From: Kordia sp. SMS9
GTDB taxonomy: Bacteria > Bacteroidota > Bacteroidia > Flavobacteriales > Flavobacteriaceae
Direction of reading: 5' to 3'
Assembly (NCBI RefSeq): GCF_003352465.1
Contig: NZ_CP031153.1
Coordinates: 2,421,533 to 2,453,532 of the forward strand
DNA: 32,000 bases
This document shows positions 8,175 through 16,098 of this stretch, piece after piece (within the stretch, counting starts at the first letter, position 1; every line of letters starts with the position of its first letter). The notes under the pieces are model-generated. The model had not been told where the DNA came from and did not search any database. It was given only the letters and a program-made list of their open reading frames with translations. Made by a program: the position numbers and the translations under genes.

Positions 8175-8756
8175 TTACTCTGCATACGTATGTTTGTAGT
8201 CTTCTCCAGATAAAATACTGAGCATATCTTTTTCCAAAGAAGTTACGGGCGATTCCACAATTCGGTTGAGTTCTTTTCCGTCTTTATAAAAGATAAACGT
8301 GGGCACGTTGGTAATGTCAAAACCATCTTCTAAATGTTCAGGTGTGACTTTATCTTCATCAACCGTGATCAATTCTACGTCGTTTTCGGGAATGCTTATC
8401 AAATCTAAAATTTTGTAAAACTGTGGGACTTCGCGTTGACTGTCTTCACACCAAGTTCCCATAAATATTTTCACATTTACATCTGCCAACAACGGTTGCA
8501 CTTTTTCTGCCGTTTCCATATCTACCGAATAAGTTGCATACGTGGGCGCAAACCAACTGTCATACGGTTCAGCAGCAATGACTTTCCGTGTTTGCACACC
8601 TGTAATGATCGGTAGTTCTTCTTCCTCTTCATCAATCACTTCTTTGGTGATTGTGACTTCTTTTTTTTCGTCCGTTTTTTCTGTTGAATTCGTCTTTTTT
8701 TCGTCTTTACACGCAAAAAATGCCAATGCAATAATAATATAGAGTGTTTTTTTCAT
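8175..8756 (-). CDS. Thioredoxin-fold lipoprotein with a monothiol CxxS (WCEDS) active-site motif
   Basis: Lipoprotein signal MKKTLYIIIALAFFAC, an E/K-rich linker, then a thioredoxin-like ...FMGTWCEDSQREVP...TNVPTFIFY. Its start overlaps the gpmI stop by 1 nt (TGATG). Confidence 0.7.
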   Translation of the reverse strand: MKKTLYIIIALAFFACKDEKKTNSTEKTDEKKEVTITKEVIDEEEEELPIITGVQTRKVIAAEPYDSWFAPTYATYSVDMETAEKVQPLLADVNVKIFMGTWCEDSQREVPQFYKILDLISIPENDVELITVDEDKVTPEHLEDGFDITNVPTFIFYKDGKELNRIVESPVTSLEKDMLSILSGEDYKHTYAE

Positions 8757-10273
8757 CAGATTAGTGATTTTTGTGTCATTAATTCAGGTTGCGGTAATCC
8801 GATCATTTCTAAGATTGTTGGTGCAATATCGCCCAAAACTCCGTCTTTTATCTGTTTGATGTCTTCGTCTACCAAAATAATTGGTACAGGATTCGTCGTG
8901 TGCGCGGTGTTTGGACTTCCATCCGGATTGATCATGGTATCGCAATTTCCATGATCGGCAATAACTATTGTGCTATAACCGTGTTTTTGCGCCGTTTCAA
9001 TAATGGCTTTGGCACATTCGTCCACCACTTCACAGGCTTTTACTGCTGCGGCAAAATCTCCTGTATGTCCTACCATGTCTGGATTGGCAAAGTTTAAGCA
9101 CACAAAATCTGCCACTTCTTTTTCGAGTTCTGGAATAATTTTATCGCGAATATCATACGCGCTCATTTCTGGTTGTAAATCGTATGTTGCTACTTTTGGT
9201 GACGGACATAATAAACGTTCTTCACCTTCAAAAGGCGTTTCTTGTCCACCGTTGAAAAAGAACGTTACATGCGGATATTTTTCTGTTTCTGCAATACGAA
9301 TTTGTTGCTTTCCATGTTTCGCCAAGACTTCTCCAAGTGTATCTTTTATATTTTCTTTATTGAATACGACATGCACGTTCTTGTACGAAGCGTCGTAATT
9401 GGTCAAGGTTACATAATAGAGTGGAAGTGGCTTCATGTCAAACTCAGGAAACGCTTGTTGCGATAATACTTCTGTCAATTCACGCCCACGATCGGTTCTA
9501 AAGTTAAAAAAGATCACGACGTCATCTGCTTGAATCTTTGCAATGGGTTGATTATTTTCGTCAGTCATGACAATCGGTTGGATGAATTCATCCGTCACAT
9601 CCGCATCGTAACTCTCTTGAATACTTTGTGTAGCATTTGAACTCAGTTTTCCTTCTCCGTGAACCAATGCGTTGTAGGCTAATTGCACACGTTCCCAGCG
9701 TTTATCTCTGTCCATCGCATAATAACGACCAGTAATAGTGGCAATTTTGGCGTTTGCCTTGCGGCAGAATGTTTCTGTTCGTGCAATAAAGTCTTTCCCC
9801 GATTTCGGATCCACATCTCTACCATCGGTAAACGCATGTACAAATACATTTTGCAAATCATAACTGCTAGCTAAATTCACCAAACCTTCCAAATGATTGA
9901 TATGCGAATGCACACCACCATCAGAAACCAATCCTAAAAAGTGAACCGCTTTGTTGTGGTCTTTTGCGTGTTGCAAGGCATCTTTTAGTACAATTTCGTC
10001 TTTGAGTGTATCGTTCTGAATTGCCAAGTTAATCTTTGCCAAATCTTGATACACAATGCGTCCTGCACCTAAATTCATGTGTCCAACTTCACTATTTCCC
10101 ATCTGTCCTTCGGGCAAACCGACATTCATTCCGTCTGTTAACAAATTGGCGTTTGGATAGGTTGTATACAAACTATTGATAAAGGGAACATTGGCATTGG
10201 CAATGGCAGAAACTTTCGGATCTGGCGATTTTCCCCATCCATCTAAAATCATTAATATGACTTTCTTATTCAT
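8756..10273 (-). CDS. gpmI: 2,3-bisphosphoglycerate-independent phosphoglycerate mutase
   Basis: MILDGWG, GNSEVGHMNLGAGR, SDGGVHSH, ADHGN and full-length similarity to the iPGM family (505 aa). Confidence 0.95.
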   Translation of the reverse strand: MNKKVILMILDGWGKSPDPKVSAIANANVPFINSLYTTYPNANLLTDGMNVGLPEGQMGNSEVGHMNLGAGRIVYQDLAKINLAIQNDTLKDEIVLKDALQHAKDHNKAVHFLGLVSDGGVHSHINHLEGLVNLASSYDLQNVFVHAFTDGRDVDPKSGKDFIARTETFCRKANAKIATITGRYYAMDRDKRWERVQLAYNALVHGEGKLSSNATQSIQESYDADVTDEFIQPIVMTDENNQPIAKIQADDVVIFFNFRTDRGRELTEVLSQQAFPEFDMKPLPLYYVTLTNYDASYKNVHVVFNKENIKDTLGEVLAKHGKQQIRIAETEKYPHVTFFFNGGQETPFEGEERLLCPSPKVATYDLQPEMSAYDIRDKIIPELEKEVADFVCLNFANPDMVGHTGDFAAAVKACEVVDECAKAIIETAQKHGYSTIVIADHGNCDTMINPDGSPNTAHTTNPVPIILVDEDIKQIKDGVLGDIAPTILEMIGLPQPELMTQKSLI

Positions 10274-10617
10274 GCGAGATAAATTTTAAAAAAATAAAAA
10301 TAAGTCTATTTGCCTTTATTACACAATGCAAATTCAAAAAAGGTTCTTTTTTTATAAAGGTTTATCAAATTCACAGTAAAAGACTGTTTTTTCTGTAAAA
10401 GCGTCAAACTTATATTATTAAGGAATTCTTAAAAATATCAGTACAAAATCTTAATCATTTTCCAACTTTTAAGAGTGCTTTAACATATTTAATAGTGAAT
10501 GGTTAAGAAAGTGTTATAATTGAAATGTTGTTGCAACATTTTTTGTTGGCTGTCGTCTCTTAGATGTGATTAAAAATTAAAAATCACGAATTCATCAATT
10601 AATAAAACAACAACATT

Positions 10618-11013
10618 ATGAGAAAAACAATCTTTATGATCGCTCTTATAGTAGGAGCATCATTCACTACGGCTAACGCAACTGAAACAAACAACGAATC
10701 CACAACAACAAATTACAAAGTGACAGCGACAAGCATTACAAAAGTAAATTCTTTCTGTATTGCCATTGCAAAAGGTGACTTTGACACCGTTAAAAAAATG
10801 ATTGAATTTGGCGAAAATGTAAACAAAGTATCTAACGGAAAAACACCGTTAATGTATGCAGCTCGTTACAATAGAGTAGAAATTATCAATTTGTTGCTAC
10901 AAAATGGTGCGGAAGTAGATGTTAAAGACAAAGACGGACGCAAAGCAATCGATTATGCAAAAATTTCAAAAGCATTAGGCGCTAAAAAAGTTTTAGAGAA
11001 CGCTTCAAAATAA
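10618..11013 (+). CDS. Secreted ankyrin-repeat protein (131 aa)
   Basis: Signal peptide (MRKTIFMIALIVGASFTTANA), then GKTPLMYAARYNRVEIINLLLQNGAEVDVKDKDGRKAIDYA, which matches the ANK consensus. Confidence 0.8.
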   Translation: MRKTIFMIALIVGASFTTANATETNNESTTTNYKVTATSITKVNSFCIAIAKGDFDTVKKMIEFGENVNKVSNGKTPLMYAARYNRVEIINLLLQNGAEVDVKDKDGRKAIDYAKISKALGAKKVLENASK

Positions 11014-11041
11014 ATACTGAATTAGTTACACCTAAAAGTAA

Positions 11042-11071
11042 AGCCGTTTCGTAAGTGAAACGGCTTTTTTT
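11042..11071. terminator. Bidirectional intrinsic terminator shared by the ankyrin gene (+) and the small peptide gene (-)
   Basis: agccgtttc-gtaagt-gaaacggct forms a 9-bp stem. T6 lies on the plus side and an A-rich run on the other. Confidence 0.75.
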
Positions 11072-11085
11072 ATGGAGTTTTTGTA

Positions 11086-11253
11086 TTATCGTGGCCATTT
11101 TTGACATTGATTGTTACCGTAACATCTTGTAACATTAATAGTTTCTGCCGGACACTGATTTGTGAATCCTGGAATTCCACCAGTTACCACAGTTTTATTC
11201 AAAATACTTACTTGCTTTTTGTGTAATTGTAAAGAACTTTTCTTTTTTTTCAT
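11086..11253 (-). CDS. Unannotated 55-aa double-glycine-leader peptide (bacteriocin/RiPP-precursor-like)
   Basis: Manual translation gives MKKKKSSLQLHKKQVSILNKTVVTGGIPGFTNQCPAETINVTRCYGNNQCQKWPR. ATG is at 11253-11251 and TAA at 11088-11086. It falls below the 60-aa cutoff of the ORF track. It has a Lys-rich leader ending in GG and a Cys/Trp-containing basic core, and the terminator follows immediately. Confidence 0.6.
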   Translation of the reverse strand: MKKKKSSLQLHKKQVSILNKTVVTGGIPGFTNQCPAETINVTRCYGNNQCQKWPR

Positions 11254-11401
11254 GATTGTTTCCTTATAAAGTTAATAGAATAGAAAGATACAGAGAAAAG
11301 TCAAAGCACAATTACTGTTTTACCGTCGTTTGTGGTAATGTTGAAGCATTCACTTCGATTCCGCTCAGTGTGAATGGTTTTCTTTTTTAAAAGTATAAAA
11401 G

Positions 11402-12133
11402 CTACGATAAAAGTTCAGGATTGATATCGAGAATGTTTTCTTTGATATATGAGTTGATAAATGTTTCGTTAAAATGCTCACTTCCCATCAGTTTTTCTGC
11501 TTGCAGCATCGCTTTGATGTCTAGTTTTTGATATTCCTTTAACATTGGAATGGAAAGTGGCGCATAACTGTAATGCCAAGGTTCATATTTGAAACCTTTT
11601 CGATGCGCATCATCAGTGTATACGATATGAAAATCGTAGGTATTTGCATGTTGTTCTAACCATTCGCGAAGTTTGCAAAATGGGCCATCGCCGTGAAACT
11701 TTTTCGGCACCAACACATCACCGCTATAGCTGCTATTTTTATCAATAATGTCAATATCCGTTCCCCAATGATGTCGCGAAGTTCCTGGAATGGTAGAATA
11801 CGTAATGATTTTTTTTATGGCATTTATAGGCGATAAACCTTGTTTGGTAAAGCGTTTGTATTTGCGTTCCCAAATTCGGTTTTGGTGTGCATAATTTCGG
11901 TAACTTGATACAACATGAATGTCAATTCCTTCTTTGGCAGCCGCAGCGCGCATTTTCACAAAAGCATCATACGCTTCTTTTCGGATGGAAAAACCGTTGC
12001 CAAAAACTGTGGGATTTCCTTTGCCAATCAATTCTAACGGATCTATTTTTTGATGATTGAATGCCATGCTTGGGAAACTGTGTAAGGCAACAGCGCCCAA
12101 TCCGAGTAACTTTGTGAAGTCTTTTCTATTCAA
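11402..12133 (-). CDS. M15-family (VanY/D-Ala-D-Ala carboxypeptidase-like) zinc peptidase
   Basis: SSYRNYAHQ...W, GTSRHHWGTDIDI and EPWHYSY match LAS/M15B metal-binding motifs. It has an N-terminal signal-like region. The start codon at 12133 is TTG. Confidence 0.8.
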   Translation of the reverse strand: MNRKDFTKLLGLGAVALHSFPSMAFNHQKIDPLELIGKGNPTVFGNGFSIRKEAYDAFVKMRAAAAKEGIDIHVVSSYRNYAHQNRIWERKYKRFTKQGLSPINAIKKIITYSTIPGTSRHHWGTDIDIIDKNSSYSGDVLVPKKFHGDGPFCKLREWLEQHANTYDFHIVYTDDAHRKGFKYEPWHYSYAPLSIPMLKEYQKLDIKAMLQAEKLMGSEHFNETFINSYIKENILDINPELLS

Positions 12134-13094
12134 GAGAAAGTGATTTTAATAATTTATCAAACGAAAGATAGTAAATTTTTGATGTCCCATTGCTGCCAGT
12201 ATTCATAACTTCTTTTAATTTTTCAAGTGACATATTTTTGTATGAAGATTGAATGGTAGTTTTTTCACTCGTAAAGAAAAAATATTGCCGATCAAACGTT
12301 ACAAACGGACAGTAATCTATTTGATCAGAATTGATAAGTTTCCCTAAATGAACCGCTTCTTTCCATGTTCCGTTTTCGCGAAAACTTAGATACAAATCTC
12401 CACGACCTAAACTGCCTTTTCTGCCATAAGAGCCAAAAATAATGAAGGATTCATCTGGACTTACGTACGCATTGTATTCGTAGGTTTTTGTGTTAACGCC
12501 AGTACCTAAACTCAGAGGTGTTTGATAGTTTCCGTTGGTAAAAGCACTTTTATAAATATCTTCTTTTCCTTTCGCATCAGCGCGTTCCGCAGTAAAATAA
12601 ATAGTGCCGTTATTCGCAATGGAAGGATAATATTCGTTTTTATCCGTGTTGATAGTTTCTGGCAATCGCGTTGGATTTTTCCAGGTTCCGTTTTCTTTAT
12701 TCACAACCCACAAATCGTAATCTTTCTTAGGAACGGTTTCATCTCCAATAGGACGTTTGGATGCAAAAAAGAGCTGTTTCCCATCAGGAGAAAATGCAGG
12801 TTCAATATCATGATACTTTCCAGAAAAAGCAGCAATCGTAAATTCCGTCCACTGTCCATTCACTTTTTTAGACGTTAGAATGGTTCTAAAAGTGTTTTTT
12901 GGCGCATCTAATGTGAAGAAAATTTCGTCATAATTTGGTGAAATTGCCATATCGCGCACATTGATATTTTTAAATTCAGGTAAGTCTATAAAAACTTTCG
13001 GTGTCGCTATATTTTTTTCAAAAGGAATGGAAGCTTGTTTTTGTGCGATTAATTGTGTGCTAGCCAACACTAGAAAAAAGATCATTTTTTTCAT
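12126..13094 (-). CDS. Periplasmic PD40/TolB-like beta-propeller repeat protein (322 aa)
   Basis: Signal peptide plus repeated PD40-like units (FSPDGKQLFFASKRP; YYPSIANNGTIYFTAER; AYVSPDESFIIFGS; YCPFVTFDRQYFFFTS). It overlaps the M15 gene by 8 nt. Confidence 0.75.
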   Translation of the reverse strand: MKKMIFFLVLASTQLIAQKQASIPFEKNIATPKVFIDLPEFKNINVRDMAISPNYDEIFFTLDAPKNTFRTILTSKKVNGQWTEFTIAAFSGKYHDIEPAFSPDGKQLFFASKRPIGDETVPKKDYDLWVVNKENGTWKNPTRLPETINTDKNEYYPSIANNGTIYFTAERADAKGKEDIYKSAFTNGNYQTPLSLGTGVNTKTYEYNAYVSPDESFIIFGSYGRKGSLGRGDLYLSFRENGTWKEAVHLGKLINSDQIDYCPFVTFDRQYFFFTSEKTTIQSSYKNMSLEKLKEVMNTGSNGTSKIYYLSFDKLLKSLSLE

Positions 13095-13259
13095 GAGGGA
13101 AATTGTTTTGATGGAGGATTGATTGTGAAAAAGTACTCTTTTTACCTTTTTAGTAACGTTAAAAAGTAGTTAATCTTTACTCGATAATCGAGATTTAAAA
13201 TGCTCCAGCACTTGCGTCGAAATGTTTTTTTAGTTGTTTCGGCTGAATACTTCTTAGGC

Positions 13260-13730
13260 TTACCCAGAAGTAGTTGACTTCGATAAGGATTTTTTCATGA
13301 CAAAATGCAAGCCAATTTTCGGAATATTGAAAGGTTTGGCAAACTTTTCATAGCCAAGTTTTTCGTAAAACTGAACTGCGATTTCGCGAGCGTTCATCCA
13401 AATAAGTGTTCCGCCACGAGCGAGAATCATTGTTTCAGCTTTTTTTACCAATGCATCACCAATGCCACGTTTTTGAAAGTTGGACAAAACCGCCATGCCA
13501 CGCAATTGAAAAGCAGTGTCAATTTGTAGTGCTGCATGATTATTTTTCATCAAGGTAACTACGCCTACCAACTGTTGATCAATATAATATCCTAAATGAA
13601 ATGTAGTTGGCAAGTCATCACCTGAAAAATGGCAAGATTCTATCGGTTTTCCTTCGCGTAATACAGGATGACGTACGTTAAAAGCAATCGTTGCCGTAAT
13701 TTCTTTAATACTAAAATGAGAACTTTTCAT
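13260..13730 (-). CDS. GNAT-family N-acetyltransferase
   Basis: The RGMAVLSNFQKRGIGDALV acetyl-CoA-binding motif (Q/RxxGxG/A). ATG at 13730 is preferred over the track's TTG at 13736. Confidence 0.8.
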   Translation of the reverse strand: MKSSHFSIKEITATIAFNVRHPVLREGKPIESCHFSGDDLPTTFHLGYYIDQQLVGVVTLMKNNHAALQIDTAFQLRGMAVLSNFQKRGIGDALVKKAETMILARGGTLIWMNAREIAVQFYEKLGYEKFAKPFNIPKIGLHFVMKKSLSKSTTSG

Positions 13731-13753
13731 AGTCAAAAAATTGTACGATTCTT

Positions 13754-13761
13754 CAAAAGTA
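13754..13761 (-). promoter_or_regulatory. Candidate -7 promoter box (TACTTTTG on the minus strand) for the GNAT gene
   Basis: The plus strand reads caaaagta, 24 nt upstream of ATG 13730. Confidence 0.4.
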
Positions 13762-13820
13762 TCACTAATTTGGGAGTTGAGTTTTATAGAAATAAATTAA
13801 TTTTACACAAAAAATATCCT

Positions 13821-14246
13821 ATGGAGATTAATTTCAAGCAGCTACATAGAGAAGAAGCGCATCAAATTTTACCCTATTTAGATCGTATGAATGCACAAAA
13901 AGTTCCGATGGATTTGCTCACGGAACGTTTTGACGAAATGTTGTCACAAAATTATGAAGCATTCGCTATTTACGATCACGATCAACTCATTGGTTGTTTT
14001 GGATTGTGGTATATGACGCGTCATTATTGTGGAAAAAGCTTTGAGCCCGATCATGTATATATTGAAGAAGCGTATCGGAGCAAAGGTATTGGTGCCGATC
14101 TTTTTCAATGGATTGAAGCCTATGGGAAACAAAAAGGTGTCACTGCTATTGAATTGAACACCTATGTAGAAAACTTCCCATCACATAAGTTCTATTATAA
14201 TCAGGGATTTGTGGCGCGAGGTTACCATTTTTTGAAAAAAATCTAA
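13821..14246 (+). CDS. GNAT-family N-acetyltransferase (second, divergent)
   Basis: YIEEAYRSKGIGADLFQWIE...GF is the GNAT motif A. I place the start at ATG 13821 (MEINFKQ...) because the track's 13668 start would overlap the divergent GNAT gene. Confidence 0.75.
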   Translation: MEINFKQLHREEAHQILPYLDRMNAQKVPMDLLTERFDEMLSQNYEAFAIYDHDQLIGCFGLWYMTRHYCGKSFEPDHVYIEEAYRSKGIGADLFQWIEAYGKQKGVTAIELNTYVENFPSHKFYYNQGFVARGYHFLKKI

Positions 14247-14278
14247 AAAAACATTTGGAAAGAGAATTGTTATTTTTC

Positions 14279-14286
14279 TATATTTG
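14279..14286 (+). promoter_or_regulatory. -7 promoter box TATATTTG for tRNA-Gly, with TTTG at 14254-14257 as a -33 element
   Basis: An exact TAnnTTTG 12 nt upstream of the mature tRNA 5' end. A TTTG lies 21 nt further upstream. Confidence 0.55.
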
Positions 14287-14297
14287 CATCCGCTAAT

Positions 14298-14370
14298 GCG
14301 AGAGTAGCTCAGTTGGTAGAGCGTCAGCCTTCCAAGCTGAATGTCGCCGGTTCGAACCCGGTCTCTCGCT
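14298..14370 (+). tRNA. tRNA-Gly (anticodon UCC)
   Basis: Manual cloverleaf: acceptor gcgagag/ctctcgc, D arm gctc-agttggta-gagc, anticodon arm tcagc-cTTCCaa-gctga, variable loop atgtc, T arm gccgg-ttcgaac-ccggt, discriminator U. No CCA is encoded. Confidence 0.9.
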
Positions 14371-14378
14371 CTACAAAA

Positions 14379-14405
14379 GCCGATTCAGATGAATCGGCTT
14401 TTTTT
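14379..14405. terminator. Bidirectional intrinsic terminator (tRNA-Gly on +, pepE on -)
   Basis: gccgattc-agat-gaatcggc forms an 8-bp stem flanked by A4 on one side and T7 on the other. Confidence 0.75.
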
Positions 14406-15108
14406 ATGGAAATATAATTTCGGATCCTGTCGATAGTTCAACAGGTGTTTTGTCTTGTTCAAAAATTCGAGCACTGTGCGGACCTTCTAACGTAGTTTGA
14501 TCGCCTTTGACGCGAATCCAGCTTCCTTCTCTAATGCCCACTACAGGCAACGAATTAAATTTATGAAATTCTTTAATGCGTGTTTCACGAGTTTCGCCCA
14601 TGTGCGTACTGCCTTCTATCGGATCTAAATAATGTGGATTGATGTTGAAAGGAATTACACCTAAGGTTTTAAAACTTGGCGGATATATAATTGGCATATC
14701 GTTTGTGGTTTGCATAGTCAATCCGCAAATATTACTTCCTGCACTGGTTCCTAAATACGGTGTTCCGTTAAAAATAGCTTCTCGTAATGGCTGTATCACT
14801 TGATACACATACAATTGAGAAACCAATAAAAATGTATTGCCGCCACCTGTAAAAATTGCTTTTGCATCGGCAATAGCTTCAGCGGGATTTTCAAATTCGT
14901 GAATGCCGCGAACGGTTTTGTTAATCTTCGCAAAGGCTTTTCCGATAGCAGTCGTATATGCATCATGGGTAATTCCTCCTGGACGTGCGTATGGGATAAA
15001 TAAAATTTCTTCCGTATCTTTATAAAAGATGGAAAGTTCGTCAAGCAAATATGCTAACGGATCGCTTCCGTGAACAGTGGACGTACTGGCAATGATGAGG
15101 TTTTTCAT
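14404..15108 (-). CDS. pepE: Dipeptidase E (peptidase S51)
   Basis: Collinear with E. coli PepE: FIPYA..., TGGGNTF.L, GTSAGSNI (nucleophile Ser), TTNDMPI, INPHY. Confidence 0.85.
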   Translation of the reverse strand: MKNLIIASTSTVHGSDPLAYLLDELSIFYKDTEEILFIPYARPGGITHDAYTTAIGKAFAKINKTVRGIHEFENPAEAIADAKAIFTGGGNTFLLVSQLYVYQVIQPLREAIFNGTPYLGTSAGSNICGLTMQTTNDMPIIYPPSFKTLGVIPFNINPHYLDPIEGSTHMGETRETRIKEFHKFNSLPVVGIREGSWIRVKGDQTTLEGPHSARIFEQDKTPVELSTGSEIIFP

Positions 15109-15250
15109 AAAAGATAAATTCTAAGTGTAAAAATAATCATTAAAAGGTTTTAACAAAAGTTTAATGTCCATTGGCATTTTTTTAAGGACAAAAAGTAAGT
15201 TCTTTATATTATAAAAAAAGAATACCGTTTAACCAACAATAACCATAGCT

Positions 15251-16015
15251 ATGAAACCAACATTACTCTTATTTTCTTTACTCTTTTCCACCATAATGCT
15301 TGCGCAAGATGCAGAACGTAACATATTGCGTGGTGCCGTTGTGTACAGAGACGTTAAAGTAACAGGTGTGAATATTGTCAATAATACCACCAGTAAAGGA
15401 ACAACCACTAACAAGAAAGGTGAATTTGAAATTTTAGCCAAAAAAGATGATATTTTAATCTTTTCTTCGGTTCAATATACCATTAAGGAAATTGTAATTA
15501 CGGATAAAATTATTGAGAACAATCGTTTGGTGGTTGAGGTGAAAGAAAAAGTAGAAGCTTTAGACGAAGTCGTAATTAGTCCAGAAAATAGAGATAAATT
15601 CCTTGATTTTCAAGAAGAAGAAATTGTAAAATACAAAGATTATCAATTTGCAGACGACCGGTATTCGGAAGTGCGGAATGAAGCGTTGAGCCAAATGGAG
15701 TTTCGAGGTGCCAATGTGCTTGGCTTAGTAGGAATGTTGGTAAATGCCATTTTTAAAGGCAGTGGGAAAAATAAAGAAAAGCCAAAAGCTATTTATGAAC
15801 GCACTAGTTTTAATGAAGTTCGCTATCGCTATAAAGACGAATTTTTTACAGATAACTTAGGAATTCCAGAAGATAAAATTAGTGCCTTTTTATATTATTG
15901 TGACGATCAAATGCCTTCTGAAGATATTTTCTTAGAAAAAAATGAGTTCTTAATGATCGATTTTATGGTAAAACACAGCAAAGAATACCTCAATTTGAAA
16001 GAAACCAAAAATTAA
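15251..16015 (+). CDS. Secreted protein with an N-terminal carboxypeptidase-regulatory-like (CarboxypepD_reg) domain
   Basis: Signal peptide, then LRGAVVY..V.GVNIVN..TSKGTTTNKKGEFEI.AKKDDILIFSSVQY, which is typical of that beta-sandwich domain. The remainder is not recognised. Confidence 0.6.
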   Translation: MKPTLLLFSLLFSTIMLAQDAERNILRGAVVYRDVKVTGVNIVNNTTSKGTTTNKKGEFEILAKKDDILIFSSVQYTIKEIVITDKIIENNRLVVEVKEKVEALDEVVISPENRDKFLDFQEEEIVKYKDYQFADDRYSEVRNEALSQMEFRGANVLGLVGMLVNAIFKGSGKNKEKPKAIYERTSFNEVRYRYKDEFFTDNLGIPEDKISAFLYYCDDQMPSEDIFLEKNEFLMIDFMVKHSKEYLNLKETKN

Positions 16016-16020
16016 AAAAT

Positions 16021-16058
16021 AGCATTCAAGCAAAATTTTTAAAAATGGAATGCTTTTT
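16021..16058 (+). terminator. Possible terminator hairpin after the 15251-16015 gene
   Basis: agcattc ... gaatgct forms a 7-bp stem with a long 20-nt loop, followed by T5. The loop is longer than is typical. Confidence 0.35.
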
Positions 16059-16061
16059 GGA

Positions 16062-16069
16062 TATCTTTG
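16062..16069 (+). promoter_or_regulatory. -7 promoter box TATCTTTG upstream of the 16099 gene
   Basis: An exact TAnnTTTG 29 nt upstream of the ATG. Confidence 0.45.
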
Positions 16070-16098
16070 TGACAATACGATAAACGTCAATTAATTTC

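Noticed and set aside
14298-14370. tRNA-Gly as an integration hotspot flanked by a genomic island.
   Set aside because: There is no integrase, no direct repeat of the tRNA 3' end and no mobility genes nearby. The flanking genes (GNAT, pepE) look like ordinary chromosomal content.
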